From Octopus vulgaris (lineage: Eukaryota): a stretch of 64,000 nt of DNA. The stretch lies in NCBI GenBank assembly GCA_951406725.2, contig OX597831.1, forward strand, positions 4,712,001-4,776,000, read 5' to 3'. A program made the position numbers and the translations under genes. Every line of letters starts with the position of its first letter. Position 1 is the first letter of the stretch. The notes beneath the pieces are model-generated. The model worked only from the letters and a program-made list of their open reading frames with translations. It searched no databases and had not been told where the DNA came from. Below are positions 43,294-56,507 of this stretch, piece by piece.

Positions 43294-44269
43294 AAGGTAA
43301 GCTTAACGCTTGCTTTAACCCATAAAGAACAAGGAAACACTAAGCCTGGTGGCCATTTTACAGAATTAGCTTGGACTTAACAGAGCTCAGGCAGGGGCTT
43401 GTAAATATAGGCCCAAGTTTACATATTTAGAAAGAAGAAACCGAAGATTGTCATGACATCAGTTGATGACTGATTTTTACCTTAGCGATCTTGAATCCAT
43501 TAATCCAAAAAGTGTCCAGCAACGGTGATAGAACTGATAAAGGTAAGCTTAACGCTTACTTTAACCCATAAAGAACAAGGAAACACTAAGCCTGGTGGCC
43601 ATTTTACAGAATTAGCTTGGACTTAACATAGCTCAGGCAGGGGCTTGTAAATATAGGCCCAAGTTTACATATTTAGAAAGAAGAAACCGAAGATTGTCAT
43701 GACATCAGTTGATGACTGATTTTTACCTTAGCGATCTTGAATCCATTAATCCAAAAAGTGTCCAGCAACGGTGATAGAACTGATAAAGGTAAGCTTAACG
43801 CTTACTTTAACCCATAAAGAACAAGGAAACACTAAGCCTGATGGCCATTTTACAGAATTAGCTTGGACTTAACAGAGCTTAGGGACTTATAAATATAGGC
43901 CCAAGTTTACATATTTAGAAAGAAGAAACCGAGGATTGTCATGACATCAGTTGATGACTGATTTTTACCTTAGCGATCTTGAATCCATTAATCCAAAAAT
44001 TGTCCAGCAACGGTGATAGAACTGATAAAGGTAAGCTTAACGCTTACTTTAACCCATAAAGAACAAGGAAACACTAAGCCTGATGGCCATTTTACAGAAT
44101 TAGCTTGGACTTAACAGAGCTTAGGGACTTATAAATATAGGCCCAAGTTTACATATTTAGAAAGAAGAAACCGAGGATTGTCATGACATCAGTTGATGAC
44201 TGATTTTTACCTTAGCGATCTTGAATCCATTAATCCAAAAAGTGTCCAGCAACGGTGATAGAACTGATA
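43294..44269. repeat. tandem array of 4 units (246, 246, 242, 242 bp)
   Basis: Unit AAGGTAAGCTTAACG...GATAGAACTGATA starts at 43294, 43540, 43786 and 44028. Confidence 0.97.
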
Positions 44270-44307
44270 AATCTAGATTTCTGCTTCCTTTAGCGTCGTC
44301 AGTATCA
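44265..44307 (-). ncRNA. minimal type-I hammerhead ribozyme abutting the tandem array
   Basis: Minus strand: TGATA-CTGACGA-C-GCT-AAAGGA-AGC-A-GAAA-TCTAGA-TT-TATCA. 5-bp stem I, canonical core, palindromic stem III ATCTAGAT, C.A mismatch at the base of stem II. Confidence 0.7.
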
Positions 44308-45401
44308 AAAACTCAGCGGCAACTGCATACCCAGACAAATTCATCTTCCGCCGATATAAGAAAATAATAATCAACAAATATCCGGTCCTGAAAATACCCG
44401 GCAGGATGTGTAAATACCCGTCATTAGCGACAGAAATAGAATTATTACACAATAGCATTCCGTCGCTATGTGATAGCAAATGTCAAGAAAGTCTTAAATT
44501 ATTTCCTCTCTGACAAAAATATTCCAAACTATTTAACAGGTACAATTTAAAATTTAGCGACTGTTGCATGACTAATGCGAATACACTATTACATGTAGCG
44601 GGCAGTATGATCCACCTAAATACGCAAAACAAACTAGTTTATTAGCACAGGAACTCGAAAATCAATTCCGCAGCCAATGATAAAAAATAATTCTCACAGC
44701 TTAAGAAGTAGACGAGACAACTTCAACTGTCAAACTAAGTTATGCACCAAGTTTAAGCTATAAATTATTTTTAGTTAGAGATAAAAGGAAAATAACATTA
44801 CCAAGCTATATATTGTAACTGAAGTTTACACCCTCGATAGCTTTACGTGGTCTATACTGCATTTCAGAAACAATAAAGTCTTTTGTTCAAAGTTCTATGG
44901 TTCCTGTAAGTATGAAAATGAAAAATACTTTAACTGCAAGGAAAAAGTAAGTAAAATGAAAAGTGAAATTTTTTAAAAAATAACAGATTATCTTAAAGAA
45001 AAAATAAACAGAACTAATCTCTAACTACTGTCATGAAAGAAAATCCATTTTGTCAAACATCAATAGAACTGCCAAACAAGACAAAACATACGTAAACAGA
45101 TGATAAAACATAGAAGTCAGTAAACAAGCATCCAGTATGTAAAACAAACTGGAAGTCAGCAATATGTCAAAACACGGTGATAAACGTTCTTTAGGGTTGC
45201 CTCATCCGACGAATGTTCGAGAATAGGGACACGGGGTTGAGTAAAGGAATACTGTAAGCTTTAACTGTAAGCTACACACACACGCGCAAACACACACACA
45301 CAGTTATAATAGGTTACCCTAAAATTTGTAAACTGTTGAGCACTTTTGTGACCTGCGTAGCCAGAATATATTATACTTAACGGTTGTATGTCTAGTATCA
45401 T

Positions 45402-45565
<164 letters not shown>

Positions 45566-46295
45566 TAATACGCTTCTGTATATAGACAGAGGTTTGCGAC
45601 ATCTGTTGAGCTGATTAACATATCAGCAGAGTCTCGCTGTGAATATATAAGTGAAAGGCGTGGTTGGTGATTGAGGTGAGTGATGACTGTCAACTGGGGT
45701 GGTGACATCGTGTGCATGTCAAATCATTTGTCTCCGAGGCATACACGTTCGCAAACACACCACAATGGCACACACACATACATATATCTAGCTCAATATA
45801 TCTGCATACACAAGCAGACACACACACACACACACACACATACACACACACACATACAAATATTTTGAAATTTATTGTTATAAGTGTTATGAACATACAG
45901 GCACACACACATACACACACAAACATATGCACAGATACGTACAAAGTTTTGGAGAGAGAGAGAGAAAGAGAGAGAGAGAAAGAGAGAGAGAGAAAGAGAG
46001 AGAGAGAGAGGGGGGTTCTGAGGGAGAGCTTATATAAGAGAAAATTATTCATATCTATAAATGTGTATACATATACAAGTGTGTCTATACATATGTGTAT
46101 GTGCATATGTAAATATATATATGTGTATACATATAAATATGTAAACGTTATACGTATTTGTGAATATTCTGTAAGTATACAGAGAGAAGTATAGCAAACG
46201 GGTTGGATCAAATAGATAGACAGACAGACAGACGTATAGATTGATAGATTGCTTGATAATAGTCAGACAAATCTATAAATATGTAAATATTTATA

Positions 46296-46327
<32 letters not shown>

Positions 46328-46468
46328 CATACATACATATATACATATATACATACACATATGTGTATACAGACATTATATGCTTCTATATATATTTATA
46401 TAACAGATAGATTGGCAGATAAATAAATATAGATAGATAAATAGTTAAATATATAGAGAAGTAAAGAC

Positions 46469-46770
<302 letters not shown>

Positions 46771-47139
46771 GAGACAAAAATACAGACATATAGACGTATA
46801 TACAGAGTTAAAGACTCACATTAGATATGATAAGGTACAAAGATATCCGCAGTGAATCAGTGAAAAAGAATAACAAAACAAAACAAAACAAAAACAAAAC
46901 AAAAACAAAAACACTCCCAAAATAACGAGAAACTAGGTGAGTTGATAGAAAATGAATTGTGAAGAGGATACCAGGGCTAAATGATATAACAGCTGAAGTA
47001 GGAAAAATGGTGGCAATTGTGGTGTCACCAGGAAGCTGTGATTGTATTCATCTCCGCAATAAGAACAATAACAATAACAAGCGAAAACAGCGTGAACCTT
47101 TATACCTACAACAGATATAACAATAAGGACAGCAATGGC

Positions 47140-47293
47140 AATAAGATGAATAAGTAAAAACATCTAAATAATATGTTAAAATATTTTTGAAAGCTATAAA
47201 ATACAATTTAAAAATGACATTTCAAATTGACAACATATTTTGTAAAGATGTCCACCCATTCTCATCGTGTGTGTATGTATGCGTGTATGTGAG

Positions 47294-47371
<78 letters not shown>

Positions 47372-47464
47372 TAATAATATGAGGGAATATTATTCCAAAC
47401 TTACAGGGAAAAATTCAATTTAGAAATACTAAATCAAATTTCACAAAATATAATATAATATATA

Positions 47465-47496
<32 letters not shown>

Positions 47497-47549
47497 TATA
47501 TTTTGTGAAATTTGATTTAGTATTTCTAAATTGAATTTTATTATTATTA

Positions 47550-47580
<31 letters not shown>

Positions 47581-47589
47581 GTTAATTAA

Positions 47590-47658
<69 letters not shown>

Positions 47659-47849
47659 CATTATTATTATTATTATTATTATTATCATTATATACTCACA
47701 TACACGCATACATACACACACGATGAGAATGGGTGGACATCTTTACAAAATATGTTGTAAATATGAAATGTCATTTTTAAATTGTATTTTATAGCTTTCA
47801 AAAATATTTTAACATATTATTTTAGATGTTTTTTCTTATTCATCTTATT
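47140..47849. repeat. imperfect palindrome of about 710 bp centred on (TA)n
   Basis: 47140-47300 is the reverse complement of 47690-47849. 47410-47457 is the reverse complement of 47492-47539. (AAT)n and (ATT)n are mirrored between them. Confidence 0.92.
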
Positions 47850-48030
47850 ACTATATATATATATACAAATTGGAAAAAAAACCCCACCTCTTATCAAATC
47901 AATAATGAAAAATTGAATTATACCATTTAGAAAAATTACATATTATAGAAAGATTAAACATATAACAATGATTAAGTAATGTGCAAAATAGTAAATAAAA
48001 CGTGTATATATATATATATACACATATATG

Positions 48031-48064
<34 letters not shown>

Positions 48065-48083
48065 TATAGATATAGATAGATAA

Positions 48084-48152
<69 letters not shown>

Positions 48153-48157
48153 CAGAC

Positions 48158-48226
<69 letters not shown>

Positions 48227-48256
48227 TACATACCTATATACATAAATATACATACA

Positions 48257-48622
48257 GGGGTAGCTGTGTCGTGAGATGTTTGCTTCTCAAATACATGTTT
48301 CCGGGTTCAGTTCCACTGCGTGGCACCTTGGTGTATTGTCTTCTAGCCCCGAGCCGCTTAAACTCTTGTAAATGGATTTGATAAACGAAAACTGAAAGAA
48401 GCTTGTCGTGTATATGTGTGAGTTTGTTTGTCCCCACCCATAGCCAGACAACTGGTGTTGGTGTGTTTATGTCCTCGTAAATTAGCGATTCGGGGAAAGG
48501 GGCAGAGAAAATAAGTAGAATGCTTTAAAAGAATAAGTACTGGGAGCGATTCATTCGTTTAAAAGTTCTTCAAGCCGGTGCCCCAGCCTGGTCGCATCCT
48601 AATGACTGAAACAAGTAAAAGG
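48257..48622 (+). mobile_element. SINE family A, diverged
   Basis: GGGTTCAGTTCCACTGCGTGGCACCTTGG...TGACTGAAACAAGTAAAAG. Confidence 0.8.
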
Positions 48623-48711
48623 CAAAATGTGTGTGTTTGTTGACTAAAGCTGACAACATATTTTGTAAAAATGTCCATATATACATATGCATACGTGTAT
48701 GTATGTATTTC

Positions 48712-49345
48712 ATTGTTCAGTTGTATTTCAAGACTTCTTGCCAATAGAGGAAAAACCGGTTTCTAACCTAGAACCAAGGCTCCTTCATTGGAATTTCAAC
48801 ACCAACATGTATGCATGTATATGTGCAAATTTGTATGTTTTGTTTTATGTATGTATTTCCATGAATATAGTTGCATATCTAGACATTCCATTCTACTCAA
48901 GGAACAAAGCCTGAAATTTTGGGGGAGGGAGCCAGTCGATTAGATCCACTCCACTATGCAACTGGTACTTAGTTTATCGAACCCGGAATGATGAAAAGCT
49001 AAGTCGACCTCGGTGGAATTTGAAATCAGAACGTAAAGACAAACGAAATATCGCTAAGCATTTCGCCCGCCCTGCTAAAGTTTCTGTCAGCTCGCTGCCT
49101 TGACATACTCATATATATTTAAACGATAAACTTCTAGAAAGTTTTACAGATTTTTACAGTTCCAGTGATGGATTGGATCTGTAGTCTTCGAATTAGCTTT
49201 CTCCTTTCTGGTTTTGAGAAGCCCAATTTCTCAAGATTAGTATTTAGGCAGTGTGTTACATACCCCAGAGCCCCAATAATTACAGGTATAAATCTGAACT
49301 TGTAAGCTGGATAGAGTAACTGCAGATTTCTCAATAGTCCAGCGT
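48712..49345 (-). mobile_element. R4/Dong-type (RLE) non-LTR retrotransposon 3' end, with its UTR split by a SINE-B
   Basis: 49134-49334 encodes IPVIIGALG...LEKLG...LQIQSITGTVKICKTF, the typical RLE C-terminus. The UTR extent is inferred. Confidence 0.75.
48887..49101 (-). mobile_element. SINE family B with candidate 5-bp TSD GACAT
   Basis: GACAT at 48882-48886 and 49102-49106 flanks the copy. Confidence 0.8.
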
Positions 49346-49363
49346 GCGAATTCTCTACGTATG

Positions 49364-49397
<34 letters not shown>

Positions 49398-49410
49398 TGT
49401 ATGTATGTAT

Positions 49411-49966
49411 GCTGTGTCAGGTCATTTTCGAGCGCTACTGGTAACATGTAACCCAGTACAACCTGTTGCAAGGTCGGGTCGTCGGCGACTAAACCGGCAA
49501 CCCCACCAAGCTTGCTTGGTGAGGAGGGTGATTATTGGACACTCTGCGGGATGAAAAACAAAACCCGTCAAAGGGCGGAGGAACTCTTGAGAGTCAACGG
49601 CCATCCAATAAATGGCTTAAGGCTGTATCATGCGCGGGGCCATAGAAATAATCGAACTGAATACCCAATCGCGCGGTTAAACCATTGGGAGTGAATGACT
49701 CCTAGCCTCTGTTAGGGCATCCTTCTAGGAGAAGGTAACTCAGGTAACTGGGATAACTCCGACATAAAACCTGCGGCTCAGTGGTTACCGATGATGTTGA
49801 CTTGTACTTCTCTTCGGATTATGGCTGCTGTTGCTTAGTGAGTGGGATTGACTCAGTGCACAGCTTTCCTCACTTTAAAAAAATCTTCTTGCACAGGCAT
49901 TGCACGATAACAACATTGATTAAGCTTCGTGCAATGGCCATACTCGATAACGAGGGTGCAGCCACC
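49411..49966 (+). mobile_element. non-autonomous retroposon family E (RTE-UTR-like), longer copy in (ATGT)n
   Basis: Paralogue at 18623-19058. GGGCATCCTTCTAGGAGAAGGTAACTC...AAACC resembles RTE 5'-UTR motifs. No long ORF. Confidence 0.8.
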
Positions 49967-50298
49967 ATGTATGTATGCATGTATGTATGTATATATGTAT
50001 GTATGTATGTATTTATGTATGTATGTATGCATGTATATATGCATGTATGTATGCATGTATGTATGTATGTATGCATGCATGCATGTATGCATGTATGTAT
50101 GCATGTATGGATGTATGTATGCATATATGTATGTATGTATGTATGTAAGGTATGGATGTATGCATGTATGTATGTAAGTATGTATGTATTTATGTATGTA
50201 TATGTATACTACAACATTGGTAAAACTATGTTCAGTGCTCTTATGTATATTTTTATATAATGTATATATATATGTATGTATGTATATATATATAATAA

Positions 50299-50355
<57 letters not shown>

Positions 50356-50522
50356 TACATGCAGAGAGATAGGCAGGTAGATTGAAAGGCAGATACACAG
50401 ACTGACATAGATAGATTGATAGATGGATAGATATAATATATATCATATACATACATTTCTATCTATATATCTGTTTATCTGTCGATCTATCTATCTATTT
50501 TTGTCAGTCTGCTTGTCCGACG

Positions 50523-50586
<64 letters not shown>

Positions 50587-50593
50587 GTTATAG

Positions 50594-50802
50594 ACTCTTT
50601 ACTCTCTTGTTTCTGTCATTTGACGGTGCCATGCTGGAACACCGCTTTTGAGTCGAACAAATCGACCCCTGGACTTATTCTTTGTAAGTCTGGTGCTTAT
50701 TCAATCGGGATCTTTTGCTGAACCGCTATGTTATGGGGGAAGAAAACACACCAACATCAGTTGTCAAGCGACGGTGGGGAGACAAGTACTGAGACACAAA
50801 TG

Positions 50803-50868
<66 letters not shown>

Positions 50869-51032
50869 GACGACGGGCTTCTTTCAGTTTTCGCCTATCA
50901 AAGTCACTCACAAGGCTTTGGTCAGCACTAGGCTATAGGGGAAGACACTCACCCAAGGTGCCACGCAGTGGGACTGAAACTGGAACCATGTGGTAGGTAA
51001 GCAAGCTAATTACTATACCACCAATCCTGCGC
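50594..51032 (-). mobile_element. SINE family A
   Basis: Aligns with other family A copies. Confidence 0.85.
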
Positions 51033-51045
51033 CTATTTATATATG

Positions 51046-51133
<88 letters not shown>

Positions 51134-51138
51134 ATATA

Positions 51139-51372
51139 TTTATTTAAAAGCAGCAGAAAATTCAACAAAACCTGTTACTCTGAGTTTCACGTTCCCCTTC
51201 GTCGGACAGTTTTTGCTAGATTCTAGCAAAAACTGTCCGACGAACGGGAACGTGAAACTCAGAGTAACAGGTTTTGTTGAATTTTCTGCTGCTTTAAATA
51301 AAGCATATTACTCTACCACTGGTATTTGAGTACTCTTTTTTCCACCTTGTTTCACATTTATGTGTTTACTCC

Positions 51373-51374
<2 letters not shown>
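51139..51374. mobile_element. Penelope-like inverted terminal remnant: palindrome of about 160 bp (centre 51221) between (TA)n tracts
   Basis: Arms 51139-51220 and 51222-51302 are near-perfect. Each arm holds a hammerhead motif. Confidence 0.7.
51233..51270 (+). ncRNA. minimal type-I hammerhead motif (CCGA core variant), with a mirror copy at 51172-51209 (-)
   Basis: CTGT-CCGACGA-ACG-GGAA-CGT-GAAA-CTC-A-GAG-TA-ACAG. All stems pair. GUA triplet. Confidence 0.7.
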
Positions 51375-51424
<50 letters not shown>

Positions 51425-51434
51425 CATACATACA

Positions 51435-51501
<67 letters not shown>

Positions 51502-51508
51502 ATTGATT

Positions 51509-51579
<71 letters not shown>

Positions 51580-52293
51580 GGATGGATAGATGGATGGATA
51601 GATAGATAGACAGACAGACAGATAGACAGACAGTCAGACGGATAGATAATTAAATAGATAGATAAATAGATAGATAAATAGATTTAGATAGATAGACAGA
51701 TAGATAGAAATGTATATATGTGAGTATATGTTGCTTTGTTTTGTGTATATGTATGTCTCTAATCCACCAATTCTACGTAGGAAAGAAACTCGCCTGCCTA
51801 AACCTCACCACCGCCATCTGCCGACACGACGCACACCAAAGAAAAAATATTCCTGAAGAGAATGGATAAAACAAAACAGATTCTTATTTTCCATTTTACT
51901 GTTTTGCAATGTATTTGTTTAAGCGAAAGTTAACTTTGGTAAGGTGACTATAAAGTCATTTGACGTGGATGACGTAAAAGAGTTATGGACTCCGGGTGGA
52001 GGATGACAGGACGGAAAAAAAAAAACACCGGGTAGATGAGAGAGAATGGTTTTGAAAGAATGGGAGAAACGGGTAGGAAAGAGAGAGAGAGAGAGAGAAA
52101 ATGTAAAGGCAGATAAGACGTGGAGACAGAGAAAGAGAGAGAGAGACTAACGTAGGAAGAAAAGAGAAATGCAGAGTAGGCGATAGCTTGAAGAGGAAAA
52201 TAGTGCATATGTAAATATATGTGTAGACATAGTCGTATTTATGCGTATATCCGTATGTGGGTGTATGTAAATGCCTACGTATGAATATATATA

Positions 52294-52329
<36 letters not shown>

Positions 52330-52469
52330 TGTATATATATATACATATATATATATATGTATATATACATATATATATATATACGTATGCATATATACAC
52401 ATATAAACATATATGTGTATATATATATATGCTTATGCATATATACATATATATGTATATATATATTTT

Positions 52470-52512
<43 letters not shown>

Positions 52513-52562
52513 ACACACACACATATATATATATATATACATACATACATATATATATAAAC

Positions 52563-52643
<81 letters not shown>

Positions 52644-52951
52644 TGTATGTATGTTGAAGAGAGATAGAAAGAGAGTAGAAGAAATGGAAATCACTTGAAC
52701 AGTTTCAACGAGTGAGCGAGTATTCTTTTTTTGTTTTTTCTTGCTTCGTAGGTGAAGGAGGAGGGTGTGGAAATATTTGAGGGAGTCTGTAAAAGTAATA
52801 AGTTGTCAAAACGAAGTAAAATAGTTTAAGATGTGGTACAGGTGGCGAATAAACTAAAACAATCTTCACATTTCCATGTCATTGTTCTGCCCTGTCATTG
52901 TTGGTTAAAGCAAGTCTTGAAGAGTAGCGTATATACATGTATATATATATA

Positions 52952-53191
52952 TAGGGTGTTCAAAAAGACTCTCGACAGTAAGTATTTAATGGTTTTCGGG
53001 CGTTTCTTGTACACTGGTCCTTTATTTGCTCAACAGAAAAAAAAAAGTTTGGCAGTGCTAAGTCAGGTGATCTTGGTGGCTAAATTCCCTTCGAAATAAT
53101 CCGTTCATCGAAAAAAATCTTGAAGTAGCGCCATGGTGATGTGCAGGAGGAAAATAATTTACTGCGGAGAGACTTTTTGAACATGCATGTA
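52952..53191. mobile_element. Tc1/mariner-type MITE
   Basis: TIRs TGTTCAAAAAGACTCTCGACAGTAA / TTACTGCGGAGAGACTTTTTGAACA in a TA context. Confidence 0.65.
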
Positions 53192-54069
53192 TATACAGGT
53201 ATATATATGTATATACATGTATGTGTATGTGTGTCTATATATGAGTAAGTGTATGTGTATGTACATGGGAATATATGTGTGTGTGTGAGTGTATCCTGGG
53301 TATGATTTTAAACTGCATCCGGTAGTGGGTCCTGGTTCGGCAGTTCCTGTGTTTTGAGCAGTGTAGAACCACCTCTTACCGACTATTTTCCCCATGTCTA
53401 TCCTGACCCCGAGTTGTAGCACCTATCAAGTACCCAGCTCTAGTTTAAGTAGCATATGTGATAACAATCCACCAGAGCGCAGAGACGCAGATATACCCTC
53501 GGCTGGTGTCGGGTCACGGAATAAAACCAGCTGGTTTGCGCCCTTAGCTGTTGTGCTAAGGGTCACAGCATCTTTTAAGAGAGAGACACTTATGTAAAAC
53601 TTGCGGTTTCACGTGATTACTGGTCATCTCGCTTCGGTCTGTCCACGGTACTGACCCGGTGACTCAGAAGAGGTACTCCTGTTGTACAAGTATTTGTTAC
53701 CATAATCTAATGGCGTACACATGTCTCTTTATTCTGGTCTCATTTGTCATTCGATCTGCTGAAAGTCCTATGGCGATAGAAAAGTGGTGATTTGTTCAGG
53801 CCTAATTCTTTGAAAGCGCATAGTAAGTTACAAACTTCGTTTTGTCACCTATGCTTCAGAGCATGCAGATCTGCAACGGGACATCATAGTCATCTGAAAG
53901 GTCATGGATGGAAAATCAGAAACGCTGTTGACAACAGAGAGACACAAGTACTCAACAATCATTTATGAAGAGGAGTAATAACCACGTATGTGTGTGTGTG
54001 TGTGTAGATGTTGATGCAGGTATATGTATATGTGTGCGTATGTATATGTGCATGTGTAAATGTAGGTGT

Positions 54070-54106
<37 letters not shown>

Positions 54107-54243
54107 CTGTATTTTGAAATGATAGCATGAAATTCAATATCTAAACAATTTCTCATGAAGATATATATATCTAAACTAGTATTGTATCAAGAATATACAT
54201 AAATATATGAAACATGACAGCTTAAAATTTTGTTAATTAATGT

Positions 54244-54322
54244 ATCTTACGATCGTTTCACGTAAGCATTGTCATTATAACTTGAAACACATTGATAGAC
54301 AATACTTCCGCTCGTCAGAGAT
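54244..54322 (-). ncRNA. type-I hammerhead ribozyme, canonical core, long stem II
   Basis: Minus strand: ATCT-CTGACGA-GCG-G-AAGTATTGTC-[24 nt]-GACAATGCTT-A-CGT-GAAA-CGATCG-TA-AGAT. Palindromic stem III ACGATCGT. GUA triplet. Confidence 0.78.
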
Positions 54323-54709
54323 GGAGAAGATAAAGTTTTTATGATATGTCGAATGTTGTTTTAAAATTAGAAAAATATATGAGAAAATATTTTTGAAAAA
54401 TAGATTAAAATTTACTGGTTTAGATTTATGCAGGTCGACTTTGGTAATAAAATTTAAAGTTTGTATTTATATCCTTGGTAAGTTCATCTCAGTAATCCAT
54501 GGCTGGAGTAATATATGACTGGTGTATATATATATATATATATATATATGAATACGTATGTGTGTATGTATAAGAATATGCGTATGTGTGGATGTTGGTG
54601 TATGTAGAAGTTTGTGTGTGGGTGTATGTGTATGTATATGTTGATATGTAGATGTACGTGTACGAATAAGTACATAAGTATAGACGGCGCTGCATGTCAA
54701 TGCAGAGAA

Positions 54710-55115
54710 AGTGGCGAGCTGGAAGAATCCTTAAGACTTCGGACAAATTGCTTAACGGCATTTCTTCCGACCCTACGTTCTGAGTTCAAATTCCACCGAG
54801 GTCGATACTGCTTTTACATCCTTTCGGGGTCGATAAAATAAGTACCATTTGAGAATTGTGTACGCTGCAATCAGCTTCTCCCTCCCCTTAAAATGTCAGG
54901 GTTCGTTCCCCTACTAGGCATGATTAACAAAGATAAAAAGGTTGCGAGGTGGTAGAGTCTGCAGCACGTTAGGCAAAATGCTTAGTGGCCTTTCTTCCAA
55001 CTCCTTACGTTCTGAGTTCATATCCCACCGAGGTCAACGTTGTCTTACATCCATTCGGGGGTCGATCAAATTAGTATCACACGAGCTCTGCGTATGTTGT
55101 AATTGGCTTACTCCA
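54710..55115 (+). mobile_element. two diverged SINE family B copies
   Basis: TACGTTCTGAGTTCA...CCACCGAGGTC...CATCC.TTCGGGGTCGAT present twice. Confidence 0.8.
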
Positions 55116-55122
55116 TCCCAGT

Positions 55123-55502
55123 GTGGAGGCGCAATGGCCCAGTGGTTAGGGCAGCGGACTCGCGGTCATAGGATCGCGGTTTCGATTCCCAGACCGGGCG
55201 TTGTGAGTGTTTATTGAGCGAAAACACCTAAAAGCTCCACGAGGTTCCGGCAGGGGATGGTGGCGATCCCTGCTGTAGTCTTTCACCACAACTTTCTCTC
55301 ACTCTTACTTCCTGTTTCTGTTGTACCTGTATTTCAAAGGGCCGGCCTTGTCACTCTCTGTGTCACGCTGAATATCCCCGAGAACTACGCTAAGGGTATA
55401 CGTGTCTGTGGAGTGCTCAGCCACTTACACGTTAATTTCACGAGCAGGCTGTTCCGTTGATTCGGATCAAGCGGAACCCTCCTCGTCGTAACCGACGGAG
55501 TA
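55123..55502 (+). mobile_element. SINE family C, full length
   Basis: GGCGCAATGGCCCAGTGGTTAGGGC...GGTTTCGATTCCC tRNA-like head. Aligns with 10215-10586. Confidence 0.9.
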
Positions 55503-56067
55503 TTTCCACCACCACTCCCTCCCGGTCAAATATGTTGGCCAAAGAAACTCACTAAAATTTGGAGGGCAGCTGTATTTATATGTTTCAGTACCATTGAGAT
55601 TAGATCAGCGGGGAGCTGTGCCTCGCTGTGACATTTTTATAATGACACTTTTATAGCGACGTGATTCAGATATGAAATCAACCATGAAACAGTGAAAGGT
55701 CAATTTGACTTTGACTGGATTTGAACTCAGAGAGACAAAGAGTCGAATCCAGCATTGACAGATAACCTTGCCGATGGTCTAAAAATCCCACCGAATCGAT
55801 GTTTTAACAAGGATACGAACCCACTACACTTCGGTTTACACAGCTACACACACCAGGATGTCAAATAGACGGTTTTAGTGAAAGACAAAGAAAAACTACA
55901 ACCTAGCAAAACACACACACACACACACACGCGCACGCACACGCATACACACACACACATACATGTTTGAATGTCTGTGTATCTGTATGCAAACTTATGT
56001 ATATATATATATACACACACACACACGCACATATATGTATATATATGTATATACGTATATATGTATA

Positions 56068-56101
<34 letters not shown>

Positions 56102-56227
56102 AGTATATATATATATATCTATGTATATACGTATATATGTGTGTATATGTATGCATATATATATGCGTGTGTGTATGTATATATATATATATATATATGT
56201 ACATACATATATATATATACATATATG

Positions 56228-56388
56228 CGACAGGTTTCTTTCAGTTTCCGTCTACCAAATCCACTCACAAGGCATTGGTCGACCCGGGGCTATAGCAGAA
56301 GACACTTGCCCAAGATGCCACGCAGTGGGACTGAACCCGGAACCATGTGGTTGGTTAGCAAGCTACTTACCACACAGCCACTCCTGCG

Positions 56389-56390
<2 letters not shown>
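56228..56390 (-). mobile_element. SINE family A, 5' half
   Basis: Aligns with other family A copies. Confidence 0.85.
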
Positions 56391-56471
<81 letters not shown>

Positions 56472-56474
56472 TGT

Positions 56475-56507
<33 letters not shown>

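Noticed and set aside
43294-44269. CRISPR array or classic retrozyme
   Set aside because: There are no unique spacers, and the units do not each contain a full hammerhead.
53290-53690. GC-richer segment that may be an old SINE or RTE UTR
   Set aside because: Single copy here with no diagnostic motif I can support without a database search.
55123-55200. tRNA gene candidate (also about 10217 and 60190-60268)
   Set aside because: These are SINE heads with A/B boxes. They continue into the SINE body and have no proper acceptor stem.
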